From Eledone cirrhosa (Eukaryota), in NCBI GenBank assembly GCA_964016885.1, contig OZ024742.1, positions 110,050,001 through 110,114,000 of the forward strand: DNA of 64,000 bases, in the 5' to 3' direction. Position 1 is the stretch's first letter, and each line of letters begins with the position of its first letter. Positions 21,966 to 34,516 of this stretch are shown here, one piece after another. The position numbers and the translations under genes were made by a program. The notes below the pieces were generated by a model that worked only from the letters and a program-made list of their open reading frames with translations, was not told the origin of the DNA and ran no database searches.

Positions 21966-23997
21966 GGCATACGTCAAGACGGGCGGTCTCAAAAGTGAAA
22001 CTAATTTTTGACAGTTACGCAAGTGATTACTCTCAATTTGGATTGTGAATTTTTTTTTTTTTTTTACAACAGGTCTCTATAATGATATGGTGTTCATTAG
22101 TATTGCGTGTACGTGATTTATTTTTTATTTCTTTTTTTTGTGTATTGTGTGTACGGAAAATTTTTATTTAAATAATGACATTGTGTGTTGAAAGAAAGAA
22201 TTTTTTTAAAAATAACTACATAGTTATACGTTTGTTGCATATAAAATATAAATTGACGTACCTTATGAAAATCCTTATTACACCGTATAAATAGCTGAAA
22301 TACAGTTTATCATCTCGCCAAACTTGTTGGCACCAACTCTCTGCCGCCAAAGAAATTCAGCTAAATATGAGGGGAATAAAGCATCGCTTGTCCCATGCTG
22401 TTGACGAAGCTTTTTCTTTGCACGGCTCCATGTGTTCTCTATGAGTTGTGTGTGCACATTAGGGTCTTCAGGATCTACAAAGTTCCGTTGGTGCACAACA
22501 ACATCATGGAGGTAAATGCCACCTTGAATTTCTTCAATATCCGAATAGGAAGCCATGATGTGGCTTCCTGGCAAAATCCATTGCTGTATGATGGGGACAA
22601 GAGTCTCACGGCTTCGATCTGGGACTTCGATGAGGCAGCAGCGTCCAGAATGGCGTTCTACAGCGCCGAAGAACCAGTGGCCTTGTCTCCACTGGCCACG
22701 ATGATACTTTCTATGAAAGTATTTTGATTCGTCGATCTCTACAATGATCGACGAACCATTCTCATCGAATCCTCCAAGCTGTTGAGGATTCGCCTCCAAA
22801 TACTGCTCACAAATTTCTCTAAGGAAATTGCACCAGTCTATAATTGTCGGCTTGCTAAGTCCTGTTTCTCTCATCATCTCAGTTTGGGCATGATCGTAGC
22901 ACCACATATAGATAATGCCAATAAGGTGTTCGAGTCGAACACGGCTTCGATAAAATATAGAATTCCGTCGCACCGATTGACTAAATTTGTCGCGGCCGCA
23001 TCGCCATCTCCATTTATCAATCCCCTCAGAATATCTTTGCAATGTGCACGCCTCATTGCAGACAGGACAATTCACACTGTTCGCCAACAGACGCCGACTC
23101 GCCAACCACTGTAACATACACAACGTGTCACCGTGTATCGCCGGACACAGTGTATACACTGTTTCAAAATGATTAATAATGGCATTGGTATCCAAAATAT
23201 CTTCAACTAAGGTAACGCGACCATACACTCGTCCAGCCATATTTGATGTGACACTGTATTAGAATCCAACCCTTCGGTGCTTCGTTTAAAAAAAATAAAA
23301 TTTTCCCAGCCCTTCTGACGCCAATCTGCCCTTCTGACCCCAAGCTGCCCCTCTGACCCAAATCCCTTATCATTCTCTGTCCTTCTTATGACCCTACCTT
23401 AATTTCTTTGGGGACAGAGAGTTGGTGCCAACAAGTTTGGCGAGATGATCAACTGTATTTCAGCTATTTAAAGGGTGTAATAAGGATTTTCAATATTTCT
23501 TTCTTTCAACACACAATGTCATTATTTTAAAAAAAACCCATACAATTGTGTACATGCATATATATATACATCTACAAATTCATACAAATGTGTATGTGTG
23601 CATAAATATATATATACATACACATATATATATATACAGACACATATATATACACACAAACACACATATATATACACACAAACACATATATACACACAAA
23701 CATATATATACGTCTAAACCCATGCTTGCGTGGAAGATAGACGTTAAACGATGATGATGACACAAACACATATATATATACAAACACAAATATATATATA
23801 TATACATACACACACACATATATATACACACATATACACACCCACACATATATATATATATTAAGAAATCCATACAATTGCGTGTGTCTGCATTATACTT
23901 TCACTATTGAGACCTGTTGTAAAAAAACAAACAAATTCACAGTCGTAACTGTCAAAAATTAGTTTCACTTTTGAGACCGGCCGTCTTGACGTATGCC
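21966..23997 (-). mobile_element. Merlin (IS1595/IS1016-like) DNA transposon
   Basis: 54-bp near-perfect terminal IR starting GGCATACGTCAAGAC; 9-bp TSD agtgattgt / agtgatggt (1 mismatch, within repeat sequence); ISXO2-type transposase inside. Confidence 0.92.
22278..23240 (-). CDS. Merlin/ISXO2-like DDE transposase, 320 aa, probably catalytically dead
   Basis: Zn-ribbon CPVC...WRC, VEIDESKY..RKYHRG..W.FGAVER, HTQLIENTW, YLAEFLWR. The expected SDxW motif is missing (PGSHIM-ASY). Confidence 0.88.
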   Translation of the reverse strand: MAGRVYGRVTLVEDILDTNAIINHFETVYTLCPAIHGDTLCMLQWLASRRLLANSVNCPVCNEACTLQRYSEGIDKWRWRCGRDKFSQSVRRNSIFYRSRVRLEHLIGIIYMWCYDHAQTEMMRETGLSKPTIIDWCNFLREICEQYLEANPQQLGGFDENGSSIIVEIDESKYFHRKYHRGQWRQGHWFFGAVERHSGRCCLIEVPDRSRETLVPIIQQWILPGSHIMASYSDIEEIQGGIYLHDVVVHQRNFVDPEDPNVHTQLIENTWSRAKKKLRQQHGTSDALFPSYLAEFLWRQRVGANKFGEMINCISAIYTV

Positions 23998-24994
23998 AGT
24001 GATGGTAGTGATGGTAGTGATGTTGGTGTTAGTGATGTTGGTGTTAGTGTGAACGACCTTCGTAATAAATTGATATCGTTATTATTAATGATATCATTGG
24101 TGATATTGAAATTAGCGGTATTAGCGTCGGTGCTAGTTGTGGTTATTAGTGGTTTTGGTGATAGTGTTTGCAGTTCTTTAGGCTTAGAGCACCTCAGGTC
24201 AAGCACGCACACACACTTACAAACACACACATACACACGTACGCACACACACACGCGCATGCAAGCACACATATAACCGGCAAATGATTGAATAGTAAAG
24301 TGAGTTGGCCATATCACTATGCAGCCTATATAAATACCAGCGTTGTAAAGGAACCTCGGTTGATGATATCAAGCATGAAAACAAACACATCTACTTAATA
24401 CTGAATTTAATGCTGCTGCAAAACAAATATATCTGTGACGATATGCATGACTATTACATCAAAAGCACTACACCCATCTATGCATACAAGTAAATATAAT
24501 ATTGCACAAATGTTCCACGCTTCAGCTGAGTTTGTGTATGGGGTCCATAATTTACAATAAGCTAGTTTTACTTCGGCAAACTCGTATTTCGTAAATATTA
24601 CCAAAGCTTATCGACGATAACCCACAGGAATTTCATGAATTTGTAATAATTTAATATGAACATTATGAATATAAATTGTCAACAATAGGAAACGTGGATA
24701 TATGTACACTGTTTTTTTTACTATGTCTCGTAACGCCACAGTGGATTTTTTCAGGAAACATCATTGTTGATATAAAAACAACTGGTTGTGAAAAGCAACA
24801 TTTTATAATAGTTTTAGTATCTTTAGCTGACTTTCTAAGCTAACATACTTTCAAATATTTATTTTATAAGTAAACAAATGCACTGAAGGAAGGATGTTAC
24901 GATGATGGAAAACAAACACGACAAATTACAGGAGTGACAATTATACAATTATACAGGGTTATTAAAACGTCCTTGAACAATCTTAAATTGGACA

Positions 24995-25200
24995 GACATT
25001 ACGGGCGAAACCAACAGGCAGGAAACCCAGGGGTAGACCCCGAGCAAGATGGTTGGATAGCATCCATGAGCTTGGCTGGTTACGCTTGGAGATCCAGCCG
25101 GATCAGTTGTATATATATGTGTGTCGGAGGGAGTGTTTGAGGACTCTGCCCCCACGACCCTCTCAGGAATAAATGGAAGAAAGGAAGAAGGAAGGAAGAT
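24995..25200 (+). mobile_element. RTE LINE 3' end fragment
   Basis: Translates RAKPTGRKPRGRPRARWLD...RECLRTLPPRPSQE*, followed by a (GAAG)n-like tail. Confidence 0.65.
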
Positions 25201-26142
25201 AGTTCTCTATATAATAGAAGTATATTAAGGGTACAAATGTTAGTGGATTACTCAACCGTATACATGCCAATTTCACAATTTCGAATTCTGTTGGTTGAAT
25301 ATCCCAATGCTCCTCATCGAAACCGACGATGTCTTTTTATAACTGGTATACTTTATTATATCAAAATCTTAACATCAGCCTCAGTACTTGATGGATACTT
25401 CATTATTTTTTTTTTTTTATTGAAGTACGTACGATAAAAGGCAAAGCTAACCTCGAGAATATTTGAACCCTGAAAACCGTAGCCTATGAACTTTTCAGCT
25501 GAACCCCTGACACAGAGTTATTATAAACATAGACACACAAAACAAATATCTATATGATATATATAGATATATATAACTCATAATTTAAATATGACCACTC
25601 ACTTCCTCCTCATCCTGTAAACTTTCCCCTCATTATCTCAGTCTCCCACCTTAGTCCTCCCGCACTCACTCCCACTATCTCCACTCTACCTTGCACACCC
25701 AACAACTGCCAGCAGAGAAAGACAAAGCCCCAAACATCCCTGCTTGTCCAACTCATTCCAGCATGGAGAGATAACCACCTTCATCCACTCCTCACACAGG
25801 TCAACAACATACAAAGATGGATGCCTCAAACCAAGCCCTACCAACATGTAAAGCCAGAAACACCCCACCTTGTCCCATGATAAAATGCTTGGTTAGGGGT
25901 CAGAAAGATGTCTTACTAGGAAGGTCATGCCAAAGCAAAAACAAAATGAATGAACTAGACATCTCCTGCCTGGCCAAGTCTCTGAGGATGACAGCCCATA
26001 CTAAGACAACCTGACAGATTTCAGTCTTAAATTTAGAGTATGCATATGCCTTACTGGATAAACTGCAACTGTTGTGCCTACTGTCATACTACATGATGAT
26101 CAGTAATGTGTGTATATATATATATATAGGTGATATGATATG

Positions 26143-26297
26143 GACCTATAACTCCTGAGGGGTCGTAGGGGCGCCATGTTGGCATACACCATTTCTTAGG
26201 GAATTTTAAAACCTGATGGAGCCTATGCCCTCTCCAGGCTTGAGTACAGTAGATTTCTTCCAGAGAAAGATAGAGAGTGAGAAAAGGATATAAAAGA
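26143..26297 (-). repeat. Dispersed repeat module (likely a SINE tail); other copies at 31603-31770, 54792-54935 and 63946-64000
   Basis: Shared taactcctga..gtcgtagggg(c)gcc...ggagccc...ctctcca...agatttcttcc(a/t)gagaaaga. Confidence 0.75.
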
Positions 26298-29046
26298 CAA
26301 TAGAGAAAAATAGAGCAGAGGGAGAACTAGTTAGACGAGGCGCTTAGCAAAGGCATCACAACCGACGTACTTGCGGCGAAATTGGCTCTTGACCAATTCT
26401 TCAATGCAAAGCACGAAGGCTGCGTTGTCAGAGCTAGGGTGCGTGCTCTCAGACACGAGGGGACGAAAGCCGTTTAATGGGCCCGAGTGGCGGAGGCGCG
26501 TCATGGCAACAAAGCCACGATCCGGTCATTGGTGGACCACAACGGGCGCATGCTACTCGATCTCGGGCAAATGTGTGAAGCTTTTCAGCGACACTTCGCT
26601 CAGCTGTTCGGGGGAAGCGGTGGGCCGGGTCGAGGGATGAACTTTAGTGTCTACCTCGACCAACTGCCGCGGCTCTCGGCCACTGAGGCGGAGTGTTGCG
26701 AAAAACCGATAACAGCCGCTGAAGTACGGGAGGCAATGACTGGCTGCACAAGGGATAAATCGCCTGGTTTGGATGGTCTACCCTATGAACTTTACATACA
26801 GATGCCATACTTGTTCGGAGGCCTCTTGGCGGACGTCTACTGCAACTGGCAACAGAACGGTGAGCCGAGGAGCTGTGGCGCTGCTGAGAAAGGATCCGAA
26901 CAAGGGGGATAACATAGATAATTTCAGGCCCATAACTCTGCTAAACTCAGAGTTCAAGATTTTGGCCAATGTGCTAGCAAAGAGGTTGGCGCTTGTCGTT
27001 GGTGGTCTGATGGGAGAGGCGCCATTCCCGACAGATCCATCAGATCCGACAGATCCGACAGATCCATCCACGACAACCTCCACCTCATGCGATACATCGT
27101 AGAGAGGGTAGCTAGGGAACCTGGCACGGGTGGGTCCTTGATCAATTTAGATAAGTCGAAAGCTTTCGATAGGGTCGACCATCGTTACCTAGCGGCAGTC
27201 CTGAGGGCGCCTGGCTTTGGGCCCGTCTTCAGAGGCTGGATCGCTGCCATGCACAGCGACATCTGCTCTGTGGTGAGAGTGAACGGTCACCTTTCGGAAC
27301 CGTTCAACATCATGCGCTCGGTCCGCCAAGGATGTCCCCTCTCGTCCCTCTTGTACGTATTGACTCTCGAGCCATTACTGCACAAACTGGAGACGTTGAG
27401 GGGGGTCCCGCGCGAACTAGGATGCGGAAGATCCATGTCAGCATATGCGGACGATGTCACCGTAGTGGTGTCGAACGCCAAACACATCGAGGCGATCGAC
27501 ACTAAGAGAATATGTAGCGGTGACAGGAGCAATGATCAACCAGGAAAAGTCAGTGGGCCTGAGCTCGGCACCTGGAGACGCAGGTCCATGCCGTCCAACA
27601 GCGTCGTCGGGCGCTGGACGGACGGACCGGTTAAATTGCTAGGGGTCTGGTTCGGTCCGGACCTCCAGACGGACAAAAACTGGGACGAGGTGACGAGCAG
27701 GGTGGCTTCTCTCCCCAGAAATGGGCCGAGAGGAAGCTATCCCTGAAAGGTCGAGCGGAGGTGGCTAACGCATACATCGCGTCTGTCATCTACTACCGCC
27801 TGACCGTCGTACCTTGTCCTAAGCCCCGCCTGACTGCGCTGGAGCGTTTGCTCTTTCGCTTTTTGTGGAAGGGACGCGCTCCGATGGTCAGGCGGTCCAT
27901 CTGCTGTCAACACCCGCTACGTGGAGGGCTGGGCATGCCCTGGCTGATGATGCGCAGACACGCGCTCAGGCTACGACATCTCCACCTCTTCCTCGACGGT
28001 GATCAGGTGTGGTCGCCGTTTGCTAGACACGTCTTTCCCCAGCTCGTCCCCTTGACGGAGCTACAGTCCTGGGTCAAGCGAAGACCGAGAGGGAGCGCTT
28101 GGAGACTGGAATGTTTTCAGGCGCTCACAGCCCTTGACCAATCGGGCAATCTGATCGGTGGAAACTCCACCTTGGCGTTCTATAGAGGATTAGTGACAGG
28201 GCAAGAGCGACGACGTACTTGGAGAAACTCTAGGCGTCGACGAAAATCAACTAGCCAATCTCTTCGGAAGGACTTTCGGGCCGGGACCTATGGACAACTT
28301 CCAGAAATCCCTGGCCTGGCAGTGCTACCGGGGAGCTTTGCCAGTTCGGGATAAATTCTACAGGCATGGAGGTGCCGTCAGCCGGGCATGTCCGAGATGC
28401 GCGCAGGGCGACGAAACCGCCCTGCACGCACTCGTCCAGTATCCGAGCATTGCTGACTTGTGGGTTTATGTCGAACACCTGCTGTCACGTGTAGGACGGA
28501 TCCAGCTATCAGCTGAGTCCATCGTAAGGATTGCCCCGCCCTCTTCCTTTAGTCGGGAAGGGCAGGCAGTTTTTATCTGTCTGGTGGCCATGGCGAAAGA
28601 GATAGTATGGTGGACACGTTTGAAAGGGCTGAAGACGAGCACTTACCTCTTCGGTGATGCCCTGATTAACTTTTTCAAATTTCATTTGAAAAGGAAAATC
28701 AGGGTAGAGAGGGAAGTGCTCTCTTCCCAGCATTTTGTTGAAAGATGGGTGAGGGAAGCAAGTATGGCCCGAGTGAATGGGCCTACTCTGAGTATGTGTC
28801 TGTAAATTAAAGGTGGAAAACTGGGAGAGGGCACTTGCCCTGGTGGTCAGGGTCACTGTGGTCTTTTAATGGGCTTTCTCCACAAATGTCCCTCGGAAGT
28901 CTCCCCCCTATTGGGGAATTTTTCTTTGTTATTTTATTACATCCTCTGTTTTTTACACGCAGAAATGCCCATTTGTACCATCCTGTATTGTCCTGTACTG
29001 ACCTTAATGTCTACTTTATGTAAACCCTTGTGGTTAATAAAGAAAA

Positions 29047-29088
<42 letters not shown>
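26298..29088 (+). mobile_element. 5'-truncated Tx1/L1-clade LINE copy, frameshifted, with (TTA)n tail
   Basis: Highly similar to 48747-51581 (KSPGLDG, RQGCPLS, YADD, CPRC..ETALH); AATAAA followed by ~13 ATT units. Confidence 0.95.
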
Positions 29089-29089
<1 letters not shown>

Positions 29090-29249
29090 AAACCATAGAC
29101 AGTCTTTCATTAGAAATAGCGTAACGAAAAAGTCAATTGCCGTTTCTGTTCAAACCACACATATTTATCTCTTGTAACTATTTGTTTCTTCGATGCATTA
29201 AACCAATAAATCTATAATTGCTATCTGATTCAGGAACAGCGTCAGAAAA

Positions 29250-29437
29250 TTTAGAGAAAAGGCAAAGTCGATCAAATCAGACTCACTACTTGATGAGTAC
29301 TTTATTTTATTGACCTCGGCTGCATGAAAGGCAAAGTTGAACTTCGTGGGATTTGAACTCAGAATATAAAAAGACTTAATAAATTCTGTAATGGCATTTT
29401 ATCTGACATTCTCCCTATTCTGCCAATCCACCACCCT
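29250..29437 (-). mobile_element. tRNA-derived SINE
   Basis: atgaaaggcaaagttgaacttcgtgggatttgaactcagaa...tctgccaatccaccacc. Confidence 0.75.
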
Positions 29438-30238
29438 TCCTTGAATTGATGATATTAAAAGCGGTGGTTACATACCTACCCCAGTTAATTGGGTCTTAAA
29501 CGTAACGTATTTTCATAAAATACTGGAATGAATTGACCAATCAATATTTGGAAAAATCGACAGTGTAAAGTTAATGCTCCTAGATTTATGTCTTGAAAGA
29601 ATTAATTAATGTTAAATGAAGATAAAAAAAAAATATTTTCGAACATTTACTGTTGGATATTGTTGTTGTTTTTCATCCGTAAAAATATTTTAGAGTTATT
29701 CCCCTTAGATGCAAAACCATCGCTTGGCGCTTTTGAAACGTGGATTATCAACTAGTATAGCAGTGATTATGAAAGTAGGAAGTACGCTTCATTGTGGGGC
29801 AATTTGAATAGTTTTGGAGGGTAATTTTTCTAAATTTTACAATATACCATTTCAATACCAAACGTTTTTACATTAATGAGTGGCATCAAATTTTTTGAGG
29901 TATCGTGATGGCTTATACTAGTTTAAGAGCTACTAGCATATGGCGTAAGTCAGTGAATGATATAAATGGTACAATAACGGATTAAACGTCTTATGGTGTT
30001 TAGTCATGTACCTTTATATTTACAAGGTCGTTTTGCCTTTAATACTTCTATGGTCTATGTTGATTATACTACGTTTTATCAAATATAGACTTTATACTAA
30101 ATTAAATAATCAATTTGTAATATAGATTTCTAACACAACATCTTGATTTATAAAGCATTTATCAATATAAAATGATTTATTAAATGATTGCTAACACACG
30201 ATCGATGTTATAACCCATTTGTATATAACTTATAACCT

Positions 30239-30550
30239 GACACTCCGTCGGTTACAACTGACACTCCGTCCGATCAACGGAACAGCTTGCTCCTGAAATT
30301 AACGTGCAAGTGGCTGAACATTCTACTGACTCGCATACCCTTAATGGAGTTCTCAGGGAGATTCAGCGTGACACAGAATGTGACAAGATTGGCCCTTCGA
30401 ATTACAGGTATAACTTATTTTTGTCAGCTGAATGAACTGGAGCAACGTGAAATAAAGTGTCTTGCTCAAGGACATAACGCGCAGCTGGGAATCGAACTCA
30501 TGATCTTACGATTGTGAGTCGAATACTCTAACCACAAAGCCACGTGCCAT
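30239..30550 (-). mobile_element. tRNA-derived SINE (second family); related copies at 34118-34420 and 55455-55625
   Basis: Antisense head gggaatcgaactc...ctctaaccacaaagccac, central aagtgtcttgctcaagga, tail aattaacgtgcaagtggctga. Confidence 0.8.
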
Positions 30551-31602
30551 CACACATTTGTATATAAACACAACTTAATCTCCCAGCCAGCTTAGCACTA
30601 CCATTTGACCCATGGGTTCCTTTAGTGGAGTCCACTCTGTTGAAAGCATTCGGGCTAAGTCTCTAGTTTGAGGATATTTTCCTCCTTTCTCATTATAAGT
30701 TTTAAAGGTCCCACAAAAAGGTTCCGTGACTTTCTTTTTCTTTTATGAATAAAGCACACGAAAAATATTTAAAAAAAGAAAGGATACACACAGACACACA
30801 CACAGACGTGCCCCCCCCCACACGCACACACACATACTCACATACACATGCACACATACACTCATGTATACATATATATATGTTTATGTACATATGTATA
30901 AACATTCAACCTAAACATTAGAAATACCATTCTGAATTACGTGATCTATTAGTTTAAAATTTTGTTTATTTATTTGTTTATTTATATATTTGGTTATTTA
31001 TTTATTTTGAATTGAATTACTCTACTCAAGCGCGATAAATCAGTATATTCGATTTTCTTCTTTTAGAACCCAAAGAAATCTGAAATATTTATAATCCCAA
31101 CTATAAATACGAGTGGTGAATTGGCGGAAATATTAGAGCAGAAGGTAAATAACATGTGATGATTGTTCTTGTTCTTTACATCCCAAGTTTAAATCTCACT
31201 GATGTCAATCTTGTCTTTCAGGCTCGCTGAAACAAATTAACAGCCCAGAACCATGGGCTGGCCTAATTATTAGAGCGTTTTGATTTTTACATTGGTTGAG
31301 ATAATCCATCACCCTGTCTAACGGCATCTTTATGTTCAAATCTTTACAAGGTCTAACGACACCACTTACTCTACGGGTGCCTTTAGCAGAATTCAATCTA
31401 GTTCCAGGAATCTTTCTTAATTTCCCTTTCGACTAGTTCCCGGAAGCCCTGAAAAAAATAAAGGGTTATGGATGCTGCTCTTTTCTCAGTGACAAAGCGA
31501 TATAAAAAAAAGTTTGTAAACGAGTGGATTTCAAAAAGATCTGCCTTTCTGATTCCCTAAATATATTTTGGTTCTTTAATCGTATTTATAATGGTTTGGT
31601 TC

Positions 31603-31937
31603 AGTAACTCCTGATAGAGTCGTAGGGGCGTCGTAATGACATACGGCGTTTCTTGGGCATTTTAAGCCTGGTGGAGCCCATTCCTCTCCATACCTGAGTG
31701 CAGCAGATTTCTTCCTGAGAAAGATTGAAAGTGAGAGAGAGAGAGAGAGAGAGGAAAGGGGAATGATATATAGAGGAAGAATCAACGCCAGTACTAGACT
31801 GGTACTTTTTTTCGACCTAGAAAGGATGAAAGGGAAAGTTGGCCTCGGCGGGATTTGAACTCAGAGAGCAGAGAGTCGGAACGAATGCCATAAATAATTC
31901 CATCTGACGTTCTAACGACTCTGCCAATTCGACACCT
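31603..31937 (-). mobile_element. tRNA-derived SINE head (31786-31937) with long tail module (31603-31770)
   Basis: ggatgaaagggaaagttggcctcggcgggatttgaactcag directly adjoins the 26143-type module; same arrangement at 54792-55098. Confidence 0.7.
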
Positions 31938-32024
31938 AATTGTATATAACATTACCTAAAACATATTTGAAAATAAGGTGACGTAAATTTTGAAATTAAT
32001 TAAATATTAGTTTATTAATTAGAA

Positions 32025-32143
32025 ATTCTGAGTTCAAATCCCGCCGAGGTTAACTTTGCCTTTCATCCTTACGGGGTCGATAAAATAAAGTACCAGTAAT
32101 GCACTGGGTAATTGCTGGCCTTGTGCCTAAAGTAGAAACAATT
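32025..32143 (+). mobile_element. SINE 3' part
   Basis: ctgagttcaaatcccgccgaggttaactttgcctttcatcc...gctggccttgtgcc, same family as 15055 and 51583. Confidence 0.8.
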
Positions 32144-32349
32144 AATTAGAAATAGAAGCTTTCGCTGTAATATTTTGACTAAAGAAATTTGAGCTTGATA
32201 GTGGGGTTTAGAACCCTCTAAGAAATGGAAAAAGATGAGTATTGACGTCAATACTCATCTTCTTCCATTTCTTAGAGGGTTCTAAATCCCACTATCAGGC
32301 GCAAATTTCTTTAGTCAAAAGATTACGGCGAAAGCTTCTATTTCTAATT
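32144..32349. repeat. 206-bp spacerless palindrome
   Basis: 103-bp arms centred on ttgac|gtcaa (32246/32247), with a handful of mismatches. Confidence 0.95.
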
Positions 32350-32706
32350 TCAAACTTGCTCGCTGTTTCAAAACATACTTGATATTACTTTATGCTTTTT
32401 TCAAAGCACATGATCTAATTGTTAGAGTGAAAAGTCATGGGTTCAATTCTTGCATCAGTCAGTGCGTTGTATTTTTGTGCAATACACTTCATTTCACGTT
32501 ACTCCAGTTCACACCACTGAAACTTTATACCAGCAGCAACTGGAGGTTAAGTTTACGACAAACGGGCATTCTGTCCAGGGAGAAATCTTGCGTTTAGCGA
32601 AGACTCCTGCGATATAGGTTCAATTTTCTGTTAAATCATGTTACATTTAGTTACCTAGAAAAATAGATTTTACCATGCTATCGTCACAAAAAAATGAAGA
32701 CTTCAG

Positions 32707-32880
<174 letters not shown>

Positions 32881-34434
32881 AGCCAAATCTCTCCCAATTC
32901 CATCCTATTTCAAACAGTGATGTAATCACGTATATATTAAACTAGAAAACAAGGCAGGATAGTCGAGACTGGAATACATTCGATTTTAGCTTTGCTGAAT
33001 TAATGGATGCAAATAGCCTTTTACGTAATATTATATACTCGAAAAAGAGGGAGGAGCGGCCATGATATTTGCAGGGTGTAGAAAAATGGTGTCGTTATTA
33101 TAGATGCATATCTCAATTATTGTCTTTAGGTAGACATTTAGGAGGCTGTTGTGAGCAACTGAAGTTTCCAAAGGGGTGTAGATATGCAGGGGAATGATTT
33201 AATAAAAATGTTTAGAGCGAGTTTGGAGGAATGAGGCATGAAAAGAAAGGACGCAGGTACACTAGGTGGATTTCATGGGCCAGTTATACGTAAATAGCTT
33301 GTTACAATGATGTTATAGTATGAGTAGAAAAAGAAGAAACCGCCAGAAGATCCTAAAGAAGTAAAATGATAAATCGACCTCAGTCGATTTAAGAAAAAAG
33401 ACGGCCAATATTGTTGATGATTGTTCACCTCAGGCTTTCTCTGATCAAAAGCATTTCAGCCGTAATCATCTCTCACTTTTCATCGAGCATTGCATAGCTA
33501 GAAGTACATTATTTAACATGACTCTTCTTTTTCAAAGCAACAGTATGATTTGAGCAAGATTTAGTTACTATCCCAGCTATGACACTCCCGTTTTTTTAAA
33601 AATTTATCAGAGACTACATTGTTCAGTATGTTATTCCCATTTTCAAGACAGTAGTTTCTGATTTGAGGGTGATTTGATATAATGTAAAATTTAGAAATTC
33701 ATGCATAGAAAAAAGTTAAAATAATAATACGGTAAATTTATATGATTTACAAAATGCACTCTGTAATAAATTTATAAAATTCACTCTATAATAAATTTAT
33801 AAAATGCACTCTATTAATAAAATATTAAAATTATTAGGTATCATAAAATCAATATTCAAGATAAGGTAATATCAAAATATTCAAATTAATATCCAAGCAT
33901 TAAAGAATTCATTCTTTGCCACTCAATATTCAAATTATACCTTTGTGGGGTTCGTAACCTATATCCTAAATCACCATTTAACTAATAAATGTAAGGGAGA
34001 CAACTCTAGATAAATAACGAAAAGTTATCTTATCCTAATCTTAAAATAAAACAAAAACAAATCCACTCAGCGTTGGTATAACGCTATAGCTACACAGTGA
34101 GGAATACACAGTGTTGGATCTCCGTCGGTTCTGAAGACGAGTGTTCCAATTATTTGATTAACAGCCTGCTGGCGTATTTAACGTGCAAGTGACTGAGCAT
34201 TCCACAGATACGTGTACTCATAACGTAGTTCTCAGTAGCACAACACAATGCGTGATAGGCTGGCCCATTGAATTAAAGATACATTTCATTTTTTCCAGCT
34301 GAGTGGACAGGTGCAATATGAAACAGAGTGTCTTGCTGAAGGACTCAATATGCATCCGGTAATCAAACTCATGTCTCTACGATTATGAGCTGAATATCCT
34401 AGCCACAAAGTCACACACCTTTAAAAATGAATGA

Positions 34435-34515
<81 letters not shown>

Positions 34516-34516
<1 letters not shown>

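Noticed and set aside
10783-21998. Very long ORFs (562-1341 aa; poly-V/L, GVSDGS, TN, PT)
   Set aside because: By-products of stop-free triplet repeats that are open on both strands; no unique flanking domain or splice context seen.
22278-23240. Bacterial IS1595 contamination or recent horizontal transfer
   Set aside because: Embedded with a TSD in the host minisatellite and carries host microsatellite/SINE sequence; fits the eukaryotic Merlin superfamily.
31205-31452. Possible host exon on minus after a polypyrimidine-CAG acceptor
   Set aside because: All three frames hit stops shortly after the acceptor; no recognisable protein.
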